DNA of 32,000 nt. It comes from Pyrolobus fumarii 1A (GTDB taxonomy: Archaea; Thermoproteota; Thermoprotei_A; Sulfolobales; Pyrodictiaceae). The DNA lies in NCBI RefSeq assembly GCF_000223395.1, contig NC_015931.1, positions 1,410,001 through 1,442,000 of the forward strand. The letters run 5' to 3'. The notes beneath the pieces are model-generated. The model was not told the DNA's origin. It was given only the letters and a program-made list of their open reading frames with translations, and searched no databases. This document shows, piece after piece, positions 10,048 to 17,287 of this stretch. The translations under genes were made by a program, and so were the position numbers. Each line of letters begins with the position of its first letter. Position 1 is the first letter of the stretch.

Positions 10048-11317
10048 CGTTCACACCCCAGCCAGGCTTTACACATACACATCCCTCGCGATAGACGAGT
10101 TTACCTCTCACGATCGTTGCTATAGGCTCTCCTCGATACGCCCAACCATCATACGGCGATAGCTTAGCTTTCGAAAATGTATCGTAGGCCACTATCCTAC
10201 CCTCGCGTTTTAGATCCACAACCGTATAGCTTGCTATGCAGCCAGGCTCTATACACCCGTACGACTCCAGACCTATTATCGAAGCAGGCTTCGTTGATAA
10301 AATGTTGACAGCGTCATTCAGGCTTAGCAAGCCCTTGGATACGAGCGTTAACACAAGACGAACATAATGCTCGAGTGAAGGTATACCTGGGGGACACTCG
10401 CTAAACTCTCCCATCTTCTCCTCAACAGCATGAGGCGCATGATCTGTTGCAATAGCATCTATTTCACCAGATACTAAGGCGGCTATCAATCCTTCACGCT
10501 CCTCGGACGGCCTAAGAGGCGGGTTAACCTTGGCGATACAGCCAAGCTCCCTCTCATCACTCGCGTCAAGAAGGAGGTGATGCGGCGTCACATCAACAGT
10601 CAATCCACGTGCTTTGGCACGCCTGAGAAGCCCAACGCTAGAAACGTGCGTTACGTGTATCCTTACTCCGCGAGGAGCCAACTTGAGCACCTCTTCAAGT
10701 GCAGCTATTTCTGACTCTACGGGTCTACACTTCCACCTCTCTCCAGGGGCACACCCTTCACGAATGAAGCCAGGATGCTCCGCATGAAGAACCACAATAA
10801 GATCGCGCCTCCAACTCTCGTAGAACACCTCTTCAAGTGCATCACGTCTATATAGATCCTCAGGATACACCTTGAATCCTACTATGGAGCCGGTAGACGC
10901 TAGCCTAGCTGCTTCGCCGGGGACCTCGGGAACACCAGCATACACGCCATAATCAACAACAGCGTTACGACGCAATGCCGAGAGTTTTGCCTGCAAAGCA
11001 TCGACGTTGTTGATGCGAGGAGAGGTATTTGGCATATCAACTACCAGTGTTACCCCGCCTGCCGCCGCTGCGAGAGTACCGCTCAATTCATCCTCTTTGT
11101 ACGAGAACCCGAGGCCACGAAGATGAACATGTATGTCGACGACCCCTGGCAGTATGTAAACACCGCTCCCCGTGAACTCTACCTTCTCGTCACTCCAGTG
11201 GCACGAGCCTCTGGTAAACCCATCTACACGCCCATCCCGCACACATACACAACCTTCAATCATCTCTCCGGAACGAGGATCATAGAATCTCCCGTGGATG
11301 ACTACATCGCACATCAT
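10013..11317 (-). CDS. pyrC: dihydroorotase
   Basis: Amidohydrolase metal motifs VDIHVHLRG and ATDHAPH. 434 aa. 4-nt overlap with the pyrK stop. Confidence 0.93.
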   Translation of the reverse strand: MMCDVVIHGRFYDPRSGEMIEGCVCVRDGRVDGFTRGSCHWSDEKVEFTGSGVYILPGVVDIHVHLRGLGFSYKEDELSGTLAAAAGGVTLVVDMPNTSPRINNVDALQAKLSALRRNAVVDYGVYAGVPEVPGEAARLASTGSIVGFKVYPEDLYRRDALEEVFYESWRRDLIVVLHAEHPGFIREGCAPGERWKCRPVESEIAALEEVLKLAPRGVRIHVTHVSSVGLLRRAKARGLTVDVTPHHLLLDASDERELGCIAKVNPPLRPSEEREGLIAALVSGEIDAIATDHAPHAVEEKMGEFSECPPGIPSLEHYVRLVLTLVSKGLLSLNDAVNILSTKPASIIGLESYGCIEPGCIASYTVVDLKREGRIVAYDTFSKAKLSPYDGWAYRGEPIATIVRGKLVYREGCVCVKPGWGVNVARLSSSSGSR

Positions 11318-12072
11318 TCTAGCAGCCTCCGTATCTCCGATGCTGTAAAGACCGGACCGTCCCTACATAGCAGAGGGCCTCCAGGCCATAATCGACATGA
11401 GCCGCAGAAACCAACACCGCACTTCACAATAGACTCCATGATAGCGATTAGCTTGTCACCAGCAAGTCTATAGACAGCTTTCATCATTGGAAGTGGACCA
11501 GCTGATATAACAACATCTGCGCTGGTTACCAGCTTCTTTACAAATTCAGGCTCTGTAACTAATCCCTCATAGTCACACGGGCCACCAACGCCATCTTCAC
11601 ACACAACAGTGACGTCAACACCATGATGTTCGAACACTTCCCTTATGCCAGCCTCCTCCCTGGATCTAAACCCAAGCACAATGTTTACGTCATATCCCCG
11701 AGCCCCAAGGACGCCCGCAGTGTAGAGAATAGGTGCTACGCCACTACCCCCGCCAACAAGCAACACTTTATGTACATGGACGTTCATTACACTCGATATA
11801 CCGCGGCCAAGAGGGCCCATAACTCCTATCGCATCACCTCTCTTTAACTCGTGTATATGTTTCGTTGTCTCGCCCACGCTCCTAACGATAAACTCCGCAC
11901 CTAGGCTATCCATCCACGCTATGCTCATAGGTACAGCCTCTAGACCAGGCACCCATAACATCACAAATTGCCCTGGGTCGGCTGTAAAACCAAGAGGCGA
12001 TACCCTCAGCCATGCAAGCCCTCCATATCGCTTTACACGCATCACCCTAACGCTAACAAATTGCGTACCCAA
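11314..12072 (-). CDS. pyrK: dihydroorotate dehydrogenase electron-transfer subunit (FAD / 2Fe-2S)
   Basis: FNR-like fold with PMSI, GGGSGVAPI and a C-terminal CGVGFCGSCRL Fe-S motif. Confidence 0.9.
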   Translation of the reverse strand: MGTQFVSVRVMRVKRYGGLAWLRVSPLGFTADPGQFVMLWVPGLEAVPMSIAWMDSLGAEFIVRSVGETTKHIHELKRGDAIGVMGPLGRGISSVMNVHVHKVLLVGGGSGVAPILYTAGVLGARGYDVNIVLGFRSREEAGIREVFEHHGVDVTVVCEDGVGGPCDYEGLVTEPEFVKKLVTSADVVISAGPLPMMKAVYRLAGDKLIAIMESIVKCGVGFCGSCRLWPGGPLLCRDGPVFTASEIRRLLE

Positions 12073-12074
12073 GG

Positions 12075-12551
12075 CTAACCCTCCAGTATCTGCTCGAGTA
12101 TGTCCTCTTCACTCAACATAGATCCGCAGTAGATGCATTGCAGTTTTACAGGGCTTCTCGACACTACACGGAACTTGGGTTCGATTGGCTCGTTTTCCTT
12201 TCTACTTATACAAGTCGGATTCTTACACTTCAATACGCCTGCTACAATCTCTGGAAGTTCGACACGTCTCTTCTCCACAACGACATAATCCTTCACAATG
12301 TTTATCGTTGCCGTCGGCGCGATAAGCGCTATTATGTCAGTCTCGCGAGGATTAAGCATACGACCCTCGACTTTCACAATATCCTTTCTACCCAGCTTCC
12401 TACTCTCAACGTTCATCACAAGTGCCACCTTGTAACCCTCTCTGCCGGTTATACCGAGTATCTTGAGTACAGCCAGCGCGCGGCCAGCCGGTATATGGTC
12501 TATAACCGTGCCTTCACGTATCTTCCTGACTAGCAGCTCCGAGTTCTTCAC
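12075..12551 (-). CDS. pyrI: aspartate carbamoyltransferase regulatory subunit
   Basis: [17 protein letters not shown]-terminal domain and a C-terminal zinc domain CKNPTC...CIYCG. 4-nt overlap with pyrB. Confidence 0.93.
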   Translation of the reverse strand: MKNSELLVRKIREGTVIDHIPAGRALAVLKILGITGREGYKVALVMNVESRKLGRKDIVKVEGRMLNPRETDIIALIAPTATINIVKDYVVVEKRRVELPEIVAGVLKCKNPTCISRKENEPIEPKFRVVSRSPVKLQCIYCGSMLSEEDILEQILEG

Positions 12552-13489
12552 GCCTTCTCACCCCCGAGTATGAGATAGAGAAGTGCCATGCGTAGGGGTA
12601 CACCAAGTCTAGCTTGGTAGAAATAGGCTGCTTGAGGCATAGTGTCGACACGCGGGTCTATCTCATCAACCTTCGGTAGAGGGTGGAGCACACGTAGCGT
12701 ATCCTTACCTTTCGACACAATATCTGGAGTTACACGGTAGCTGCCTCGAACTCTCTCATACTCCATGGGGTCTGGGAATCTCTCGCGCTGAATCCGGACA
12801 ACGTAGAGAACATCAAGCTCTTGTATCACATCTTCGAGCCTCTCAACTTCTTGCATTTTCAATCCACGTTCGCGCAGCACCTCACGAACCTCTTCACGAA
12901 CGCGAAGCTGTGGCGGCGAGATAAGGTAAACCATGCGTGGCTTGAACAGCGTCAAACCATATAGGAAGCTAATAGCGGCTCTACTATATCGAAGGTCGCC
13001 AAGCACACCATAAACAAGTCCGTCCGGACTACCGAATAGCTTTCTAACCGTGTATAGGTCGAGCATAGCTTGCGTCGGATGATGTTGTTTTCCGTCACCA
13101 GCGTTTATGACGGGATGTTCTGCAACCTCAGCCGCATATAGTGCTGCACCCTCAAACTTATGTCTAACAACTATAGCATCAGCATACGCGTCGAGCATCC
13201 TGATGGTATCAGCGAATGATTCCCCCTTGGCAACACTAATTGCCTCTTCAGAGGTAAACCCTATTGTCTCGCCGCCAAGTCTCTTCATAGCTGCTTCGAA
13301 GCTCAATCGAGTACGAGTAGATGGCTCAAAGAAAGCGAGAGCAAGTATACGACCCTCCAGTAGCCGCGGCACATGACCCTCGTGCAACATCCTCTCGAAA
13401 CGATCAGCCTCCTCGAATAACATCTCGAGTTCTTCGCGGTTGAAGTCCAGTATGCTGATAACATCACGGCCTTTAAACGTGCCCACCAC
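12548..13489 (-). CDS. pyrB: aspartate carbamoyltransferase catalytic subunit
   Basis: STRTR carbamoyl-phosphate motif, HPTQ and a HPLP-type C-terminal motif ([10 protein letters not shown]). GTG start. Confidence 0.95.
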   Translation of the reverse strand: MVGTFKGRDVISILDFNREELEMLFEEADRFERMLHEGHVPRLLEGRILALAFFEPSTRTRLSFEAAMKRLGGETIGFTSEEAISVAKGESFADTIRMLDAYADAIVVRHKFEGAALYAAEVAEHPVINAGDGKQHHPTQAMLDLYTVRKLFGSPDGLVYGVLGDLRYSRAAISFLYGLTLFKPRMVYLISPPQLRVREEVREVLRERGLKMQEVERLEDVIQELDVLYVVRIQRERFPDPMEYERVRGSYRVTPDIVSKGKDTLRVLHPLPKVDEIDPRVDTMPQAAYFYQARLGVPLRMALLYLILGGEKA

Positions 13490-13523
13490 GACCCTACACT
13501 ATCGCCCTCAACAAAACCTCGAT

Positions 13524-14162
13524 TTAACGCTTGCCCATAATACATTCCCTGAGCTTTTCAACACCCCTTTCCGCCAGCGTTCTAAGTGACAAAACCGGAT
13601 CATCCGCCCATGCAATAGCACGCCCGATTATCTCATAGTCCGCACCAGCACAGATAGCCGAGCCAGGCTCAGCACCCTGAGCCCCCACGCCCGGCGATAC
13701 CAACACTATGTCAGGATAACGGCCTCTTGCTTCCCTGATAACCTCGGGGCGTGTAGCTGGTACAACGAGCCCCCAAGGTTTAACCCTCTGAACTACCTTG
13801 TCTACAACGTCTCTACAAGTGTCTAGTGTCGCTCTTGCACCTGGATGACTCATCGAGTATACTAGTATAAGCCTGGCCCCCCTCTCAGACAGAAACTCTG
13901 AAAGCTCGTCAAGCGCACCCTCAACACCAACAAATGCATGCGCTATTACAGCATCGAATGCATCAACGATATCCTCTAGGACAAGTCTCATAACGTGACC
14001 TATATCAGCTAGTTTTAGGTCAAGCACACGCAGACCTTCAAGCCTGCTGAAAATATTGTACACCCTGTCTATGCCGGCACGTAGTAGCAAAGGCCAACCA
14101 ACCTTGAAACCCGCCACCCGCCCACGCAGCACATTGACTCTTGCTTGGAGCCATTCATCCAC
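13524..14162 (-). CDS. pyrF: orotidine 5'-phosphate decarboxylase. The coordinates give the minimal ORF from the first canonical start, and the true 5' end is probably near 14225.
   Basis: DLKLADIG (DxKxxD), SMSHPGA, VSPGVGAQG and IIGRAI motifs. In-frame upstream codons encode SRVIVAFDPP, the conserved first beta-strand with its Asp. There is no ATG/GTG/TTG between the in-frame TGA (14244-14246) and GTG 14162. See the finding for this region. Confidence 0.9.
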   Translation of the reverse strand: MDEWLQARVNVLRGRVAGFKVGWPLLLRAGIDRVYNIFSRLEGLRVLDLKLADIGHVMRLVLEDIVDAFDAVIAHAFVGVEGALDELSEFLSERGARLILVYSMSHPGARATLDTCRDVVDKVVQRVKPWGLVVPATRPEVIREARGRYPDIVLVSPGVGAQGAEPGSAICAGADYEIIGRAIAWADDPVLSLRTLAERGVEKLRECIMGKR

Positions 14163-14221
14163 ATCAGCACTACGCGGAGGATCAAAAGCAACAATAACAC
14201 GGGATGCATACTCTTCAAGTT

Positions 14222-14539
14222 TCAGGCTTCTCTCACCTCGTTCTCAACCCACACGAGATACTCTTGCAAACCCTTTACGACCTTGACTGCGATTACCTCA
14301 GGAACCTCATACGGATGCACACGCTTGACAAACTCTATGAGCTCATCCAATCTCTCCTCAACAGTCTTAAGTACTATTAGATCCTCTTCATCGCGCTCAA
14401 CCTTACCCTTCCACCAGTACACACTCTTGACGCCACTAATCACGTTGGCACAAGCCGCAAGCCTAGATTCGATTATCTTGCCTGCTATCTCCTCACCCTT
14501 ACCCTTCGGCGCTGTAATGAACACTACAACAACGCTCAA
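14222..14539 (-). CDS. cutA: CutA divalent-cation tolerance protein homologue
   Basis: 105 aa. VVFITAP...IA..IIESRLAACANV....SVYWWKGKVE..EE..LVLKT and HPYEVPEVIA are typical CutA1 segments. TTG start preceded by AGGTGAT (SD). Confidence 0.85.
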   Translation of the reverse strand: MSVVVVFITAPKGKGEEIAGKIIESRLAACANVISGVKSVYWWKGKVERDEEDLIVLKTVEERLDELIEFVKRVHPYEVPEVIAVKVVKGLQEYLVWVENEVREA

Positions 14540-14551
14540 CTCACATCACCT

Positions 14552-14764
14552 TCACTGTTCACCGCCTATAGCTGCACGAATATGCTTCTCAAACTCCTCG
14601 ACACTCATATCTTCGCGGTGCTTAGGAAGCTCCACTACAACTACACGGCCACGTACAAATAACCGAAGCACATCCTTATCCTTATACCTGTAGACATCAA
14701 GTTGTTTAACACGCAGCTTTTCAAGCACCTCAAGATATTTCCTGAACTTCTTCTTGTACGCCAT
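14552..14764 (-). CDS. small hypothetical protein (70 aa from ATG 14764; a 121-aa form from GTG 14917 is possible)
   Basis: Basic and charged small ORF directly upstream of cutA, with a 12-nt gap containing the cutA SD. The palindromic TTTAAA box at 14801-14806 lies about 39 nt upstream of ATG 14764. The longer form would overlap the upstream gene's 3' end. Confidence 0.45.
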   Translation of the reverse strand: MAYKKKFRKYLEVLEKLRVKQLDVYRYKDKDVLRLFVRGRVVVVELPKHREDMSVEEFEKHIRAAIGGEQ

Positions 14765-14900
14765 GGCTTGCTCCCAACGCCACGGGTATAACCCATCTAG
14801 TTTAAACCACTCTCTGCCAACACAGAACGTACACGGGAGTGACGAGCATTCCGGCTCAACCGAGCCTATGGCGATGTGGAGGGCCAGGACAGCTGACCCT

Positions 14901-15608
14901 TTACCCACCAATAGCATCTATCACATCGAGTACTTCATTCCTGCACGCCCAGGGCCTGGGCTTACACCTGGCTACACGCTTTAACAAGTTGTACAACACT
15001 CTGCTTATTTTACCACACCGCATCTCGGGATGCCCACCTAATGCGATATACACGGTTAGCCTTCTAGCCTCGTTGCTCACATCCTCTATAGTACCGCACC
15101 CCACCACACCATCGTCAAAATAGTCACGCAGCCTTCCCAGTTCCTGCATAAAGCCTCTGGAAGCCATCCAGAGATGAACCTCGAGATCCTTCACAACTGT
15201 ATATGCTACATGCACTGACCTCAAATCATTATATTCGCAGAGAGCAACAACATAATACTCTTGCGAACCGTGAAGTATGCTATGTGCAGCCTCATGCACT
15301 AACATCGCTCTACGGGTAGACCCTTCAACATTCACAATGTCCTCTACTATGACATGGATACGTGGATATCCTGCCCACGCCTCATGGAACAAGCCACCCT
15401 CATACTCGGCATTAACAACGATGTCATTGTGTACAGGCAGCTTGACATGCCCTCTCGTCTCGTAGATGTGCACCTCAACGTATTCTGGTCGCTCAATTTG
15501 ATACACATCGGTTAATGTGCGAGCAACAAACTCCCTGACAGCCGAATCAACATTGCCATGCTCGATAATGTATACTCCCGGAGCCATTACCATAGATACC
15601 CTTGTCAT
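14901..15608 (-). CDS. predicted zinc metallopeptidase-like protein (HExxH motif), family not recognised
   Basis: 235 aa with MLVHEAAHSILHG (HExxH followed by H/G). ATG start preceded by GGAGGA. Confidence 0.65.
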   Translation of the reverse strand: MTRVSMVMAPGVYIIEHGNVDSAVREFVARTLTDVYQIERPEYVEVHIYETRGHVKLPVHNDIVVNAEYEGGLFHEAWAGYPRIHVIVEDIVNVEGSTRRAMLVHEAAHSILHGSQEYYVVALCEYNDLRSVHVAYTVVKDLEVHLWMASRGFMQELGRLRDYFDDGVVGCGTIEDVSNEARRLTVYIALGGHPEMRCGKISRVLYNLLKRVARCKPRPWACRNEVLDVIDAIGG

Positions 15609-15661
15609 CAGCGAGGTCCTCCATTCATCACGCGCTCAGCACAAATCGGCCTCATCACAAT
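15606..15661 (-). ncRNA. C/D box sRNA (2'-O-methylation guide)
   Basis: The minus strand reads GTGATGA (C, 15658-15652), a 12-nt guide GGCCGATTTGTG, CTGA (D', 15639-15636), GCGC, GTGATGA (C', 15631-15625), a 13-nt guide ATGGAGGACCTCG, then CTGA (D, 15611-15608). All four boxes are canonical and the spacing is canonical. An A/T box TATACCTTATAC (plus 15676-15689) lies about 24 nt upstream. Confidence 0.7.
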
Positions 15662-15760
15662 AGTTGTAAATGCCGTATAAGGTATACAAGCGTGACGCAA
15701 GCTAAACACGATAATACCCCCACTAATACACCTCTATCGTCTAGTGGAGGCCTTACTCTC

Positions 15761-15946
15761 ATGCCATCTAGCCTCATTTCAAAGACGCTGAACATAGACG
15801 ATATACTCGATGTTGAGAGGCGAGGCAACACGTTGATCGTGTACACGCGTGATGGAGAGCTTCTGAACCTTCCATATAACAGCGTAACTGCAAGTCTCTA
15901 CTGGGAGATTAAGATACGAAATCGAAGGAGAGCTTTTGGACTCTAA
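15761..15946 (+). CDS. small hypothetical protein (61 aa)
   Basis: ATG at 15761 preceded by GGAGG 10 nt upstream. The longer ORF-track form (15602..) would overlap the C/D sRNA and has an S/H/T/N-rich N-terminus. A T5 tract at 16017-16021 lies downstream. Confidence 0.35.
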   Translation: MPSSLISKTLNIDDILDVERRGNTLIVYTRDGELLNLPYNSVTASLYWEIKIRNRRRAFGL

Positions 15947-16110
15947 TCTCTGCGAGAAACTACCACTACCACCACTGGCCTGAGGAGACTGCCACCCAGC
16001 CCTGCGTATCTACGTCTTTTTAGCCCTGCTTGAGTCTCGTCTCATTTTCGCTGCTATCAATTTCTTTGCAGCAGCACTAATAGCAAAGTTTTGTGATAAC
16101 CGTGATGCTT

Positions 16111-16126
16111 AGCCTGAATTCAGGCT
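16111..16126. repeat. perfect 16-bp palindrome AGCCTGAATTCAGGCT
   Basis: Read directly from the sequence. It is followed by CTGTTTTTAAAA. Confidence 0.9.
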
Positions 16127-16143
16127 CTGTTTTTAAAATGTGT

Positions 16144-16168
16144 TTTGTATAATGTGCTATTATACAAA
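16144..16168. repeat. AT-rich inverted repeat TTTGTATAAT-gtgct-ATTATACAAA (10-bp arms, 5-nt spacer)
   Basis: Read directly from the sequence. Confidence 0.9.
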
Positions 16169-16243
16169 GGTATGATGTGGTAACAACTCGGTGACGCCGG
16201 GACTACCTAGGAGGGTGGAAGTGGAGGACTCTACTATCCTCGG

Positions 16244-16263
16244 TCCAGTGGAAGCAGGGGGGT
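16244..16263 (+). promoter_or_regulatory. origin recognition box (ORB)-like element TCCAGTGGAAGCAGGGGGGT
   Basis: Dyad TCCA-NN-GGAA followed by a G-string ending in GGGGT. This is the architecture I recall for archaeal Orc1/Cdc6 ORB sites, for example the Aeropyrum CTCCACAGGAAACGGAGGGGT. A partial copy, GTGGAAG, lies 33 bp upstream (16215-16221). Confidence 0.5.
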
Positions 16264-16273
16264 CTGCGAGTGT

Positions 16274-17056
16274 CTATGAGTGGCTGTGCAGCTGATGGCT
16301 TTCTAGACAATCGTCTATCACTCTTCGGGCTTGTTTTGAGAGGCCTATACGCGCTCCCATTCTGCGATCGTGATAGATGTAGATCAGATCCTTAGCCTGT
16401 AGCTTTCTCAGCGTTGATAGTAGCCAGTGATGGTCGGCTGACAGCCTTTCTTGGAGCTGGTCTATGTACAGGTAGGTTTTGCCCCAGGTCGAGTAGTGGT
16501 CGAGTATGGCCTTAAGGACTTCCTTTTCTTCTTCGTCAAGGTTCGGTTCGTAGATGGAATATAGTTGTCGTGCGCAGAACTCCCTCCTTTGTCGTTCGTT
16601 GTCGACTATACTGATACGCTCGGCAATAAACGGCAAAGAATTGCGGTATTGTCCATGTGGGTGATACGCTGTCTTGTCGTTTATTGCCGGGGTTGTAGGA
16701 GCGGCAAGAATCTGACGTGCTAGTATAGCGTAACGGTCGAGTTGACTGTCTGTGTATCTTTGTAGGACTTCGCGGGCGAATTCCTCACCTAGCGGCGTTA
16801 GTCTCCAGTAGCCATTCTCGTATTCGAAGAGGCCTCGTGTCTTCCAATAGCTCAGATAGCTAGAGATGTATCTGCTTGTGAACCCTAGTATCTGTGCTAT
16901 CTCGGCGGCTCTCATGGGTCTTGAGTATAAGAGTACTGCTATGGCTTCGACTATGCGGCTTCGAGGCCCTATTCTTGTCATCTTCTTCCTTTTCTCTTTC
17001 TCTGCTAGTTGAGTGGCGAGAATCTCGGCTATTCTCTGTAGCTCCTTATCGTTCAC
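16274..17056 (-). CDS. double winged-helix DNA-binding protein, WhiP/Cdt1-like candidate replication initiator
   Basis: 260 aa. The N-terminal wHTH is MRAAEIAQILGFTSRYISSYLSYWKTRGLFEYENGYWRLTPLG. The second wHTH-like module is EKEVLKAILDHY...YIDQLQERLSADHHWLLSTLRKLQAKDLIYIYHD. It lies next to the AT-rich/ORB region. The family assignment rests on architecture only. Confidence 0.75.
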   Translation of the reverse strand: MNDKELQRIAEILATQLAEKEKRKKMTRIGPRSRIVEAIAVLLYSRPMRAAEIAQILGFTSRYISSYLSYWKTRGLFEYENGYWRLTPLGEEFAREVLQRYTDSQLDRYAILARQILAAPTTPAINDKTAYHPHGQYRNSLPFIAERISIVDNERQRREFCARQLYSIYEPNLDEEEKEVLKAILDHYSTWGKTYLYIDQLQERLSADHHWLLSTLRKLQAKDLIYIYHDRRMGARIGLSKQARRVIDDCLESHQLHSHS

Positions 17057-17287
17057 ACTATCCCCGCGTTATGTATGCGTGTTTGACGGTTGAGTTGTGA
17101 AGGGGGTAGTGATACACTGGGGTATTCGGATTGTGGCGTGTGCAAGTGTATAATTGGGCGTGCGGCGCATCTATCCGATACTGAGGGCTGTGATGTAGTG
17201 AGCGGTCTCTGAGTTCCAGGTGCTGACACTCCCATGGACTGAGCCCTCTTTATGAACCACTAGTAGCTCTAGACATGGCTGGGCGCT

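Larger units (their letters stand above)
16078..16172. other. AT-rich segment, candidate duplex unwinding element of a replication origin
   Basis: By hand count, about 33% G+C over 16081-16170 and about 21% over 16127-16168, against roughly 50% in the rest of the window. It contains repeated GTTTTGT (16088, 16142) and TGTTTTT. Confidence 0.45.

Noticed and set aside
14765-14917. The long form (121 aa, GTG 14917) of the small ORF upstream of cutA.
   Set aside because: It would overlap the HExxH gene's 3' end. Its N-terminal 51 residues are hydrophobic and Cys-rich with no clear character. ATG 14764 has a TTTAAA box about 39 nt upstream. I kept it as an alternative only.
15602-15760. The N-terminal 53 codons of the ORF-track protein 15602..15946.
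   Set aside because: The segment is S/H/T/N/R-rich, overlaps the canonical C/D sRNA antisense, and has no RBS. An internal ATG at 15761 with an upstream GGAGG is a better start, if the ORF is real at all.
15971-16005. A possible second, inverted ORB on the left side of the AT-rich segment (CCACTGG at 15974-15980 and CACCCAGCCCTGC at 15993-16005).
   Set aside because: The dyad-like and C-string parts are in the wrong order and spacing for either orientation of an ORB. Only the 16244-16263 element fits.
16111-16134. The palindrome AGCCTGAATTCAGGCT followed by a T-run, read as a bacterial-type intrinsic terminator.
   Set aside because: Neither flanking gene ends near it in the right orientation: the whiP-like stop is 150 nt away on the other strand, and the small plus-strand ORF ends 165 nt upstream with its own T5 tract. 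I kept it as an origin-region palindrome instead.
17181-17212. A half C/D box unit: CTGA, 5 nt, GTGATGT, a 12-nt spacer, then CTGA, downstream of a TGTATAATT box (17148-17156).
   Set aside because: No acceptable terminal C box sits 12-13 nt upstream of the first CTGA (the sequence there is GCGGCGC). Terminal C and D boxes are the best-conserved elements, so this is probably chance or part of the argF / whiP-like promoter region.
16274-17287. Reading the whiP-like locus as a recently integrated mobile element.
   Set aside because: I could find no integrase, transposase, tRNA target, flanking direct repeats or additional viral or plasmid genes. At most it is an ancient capture.
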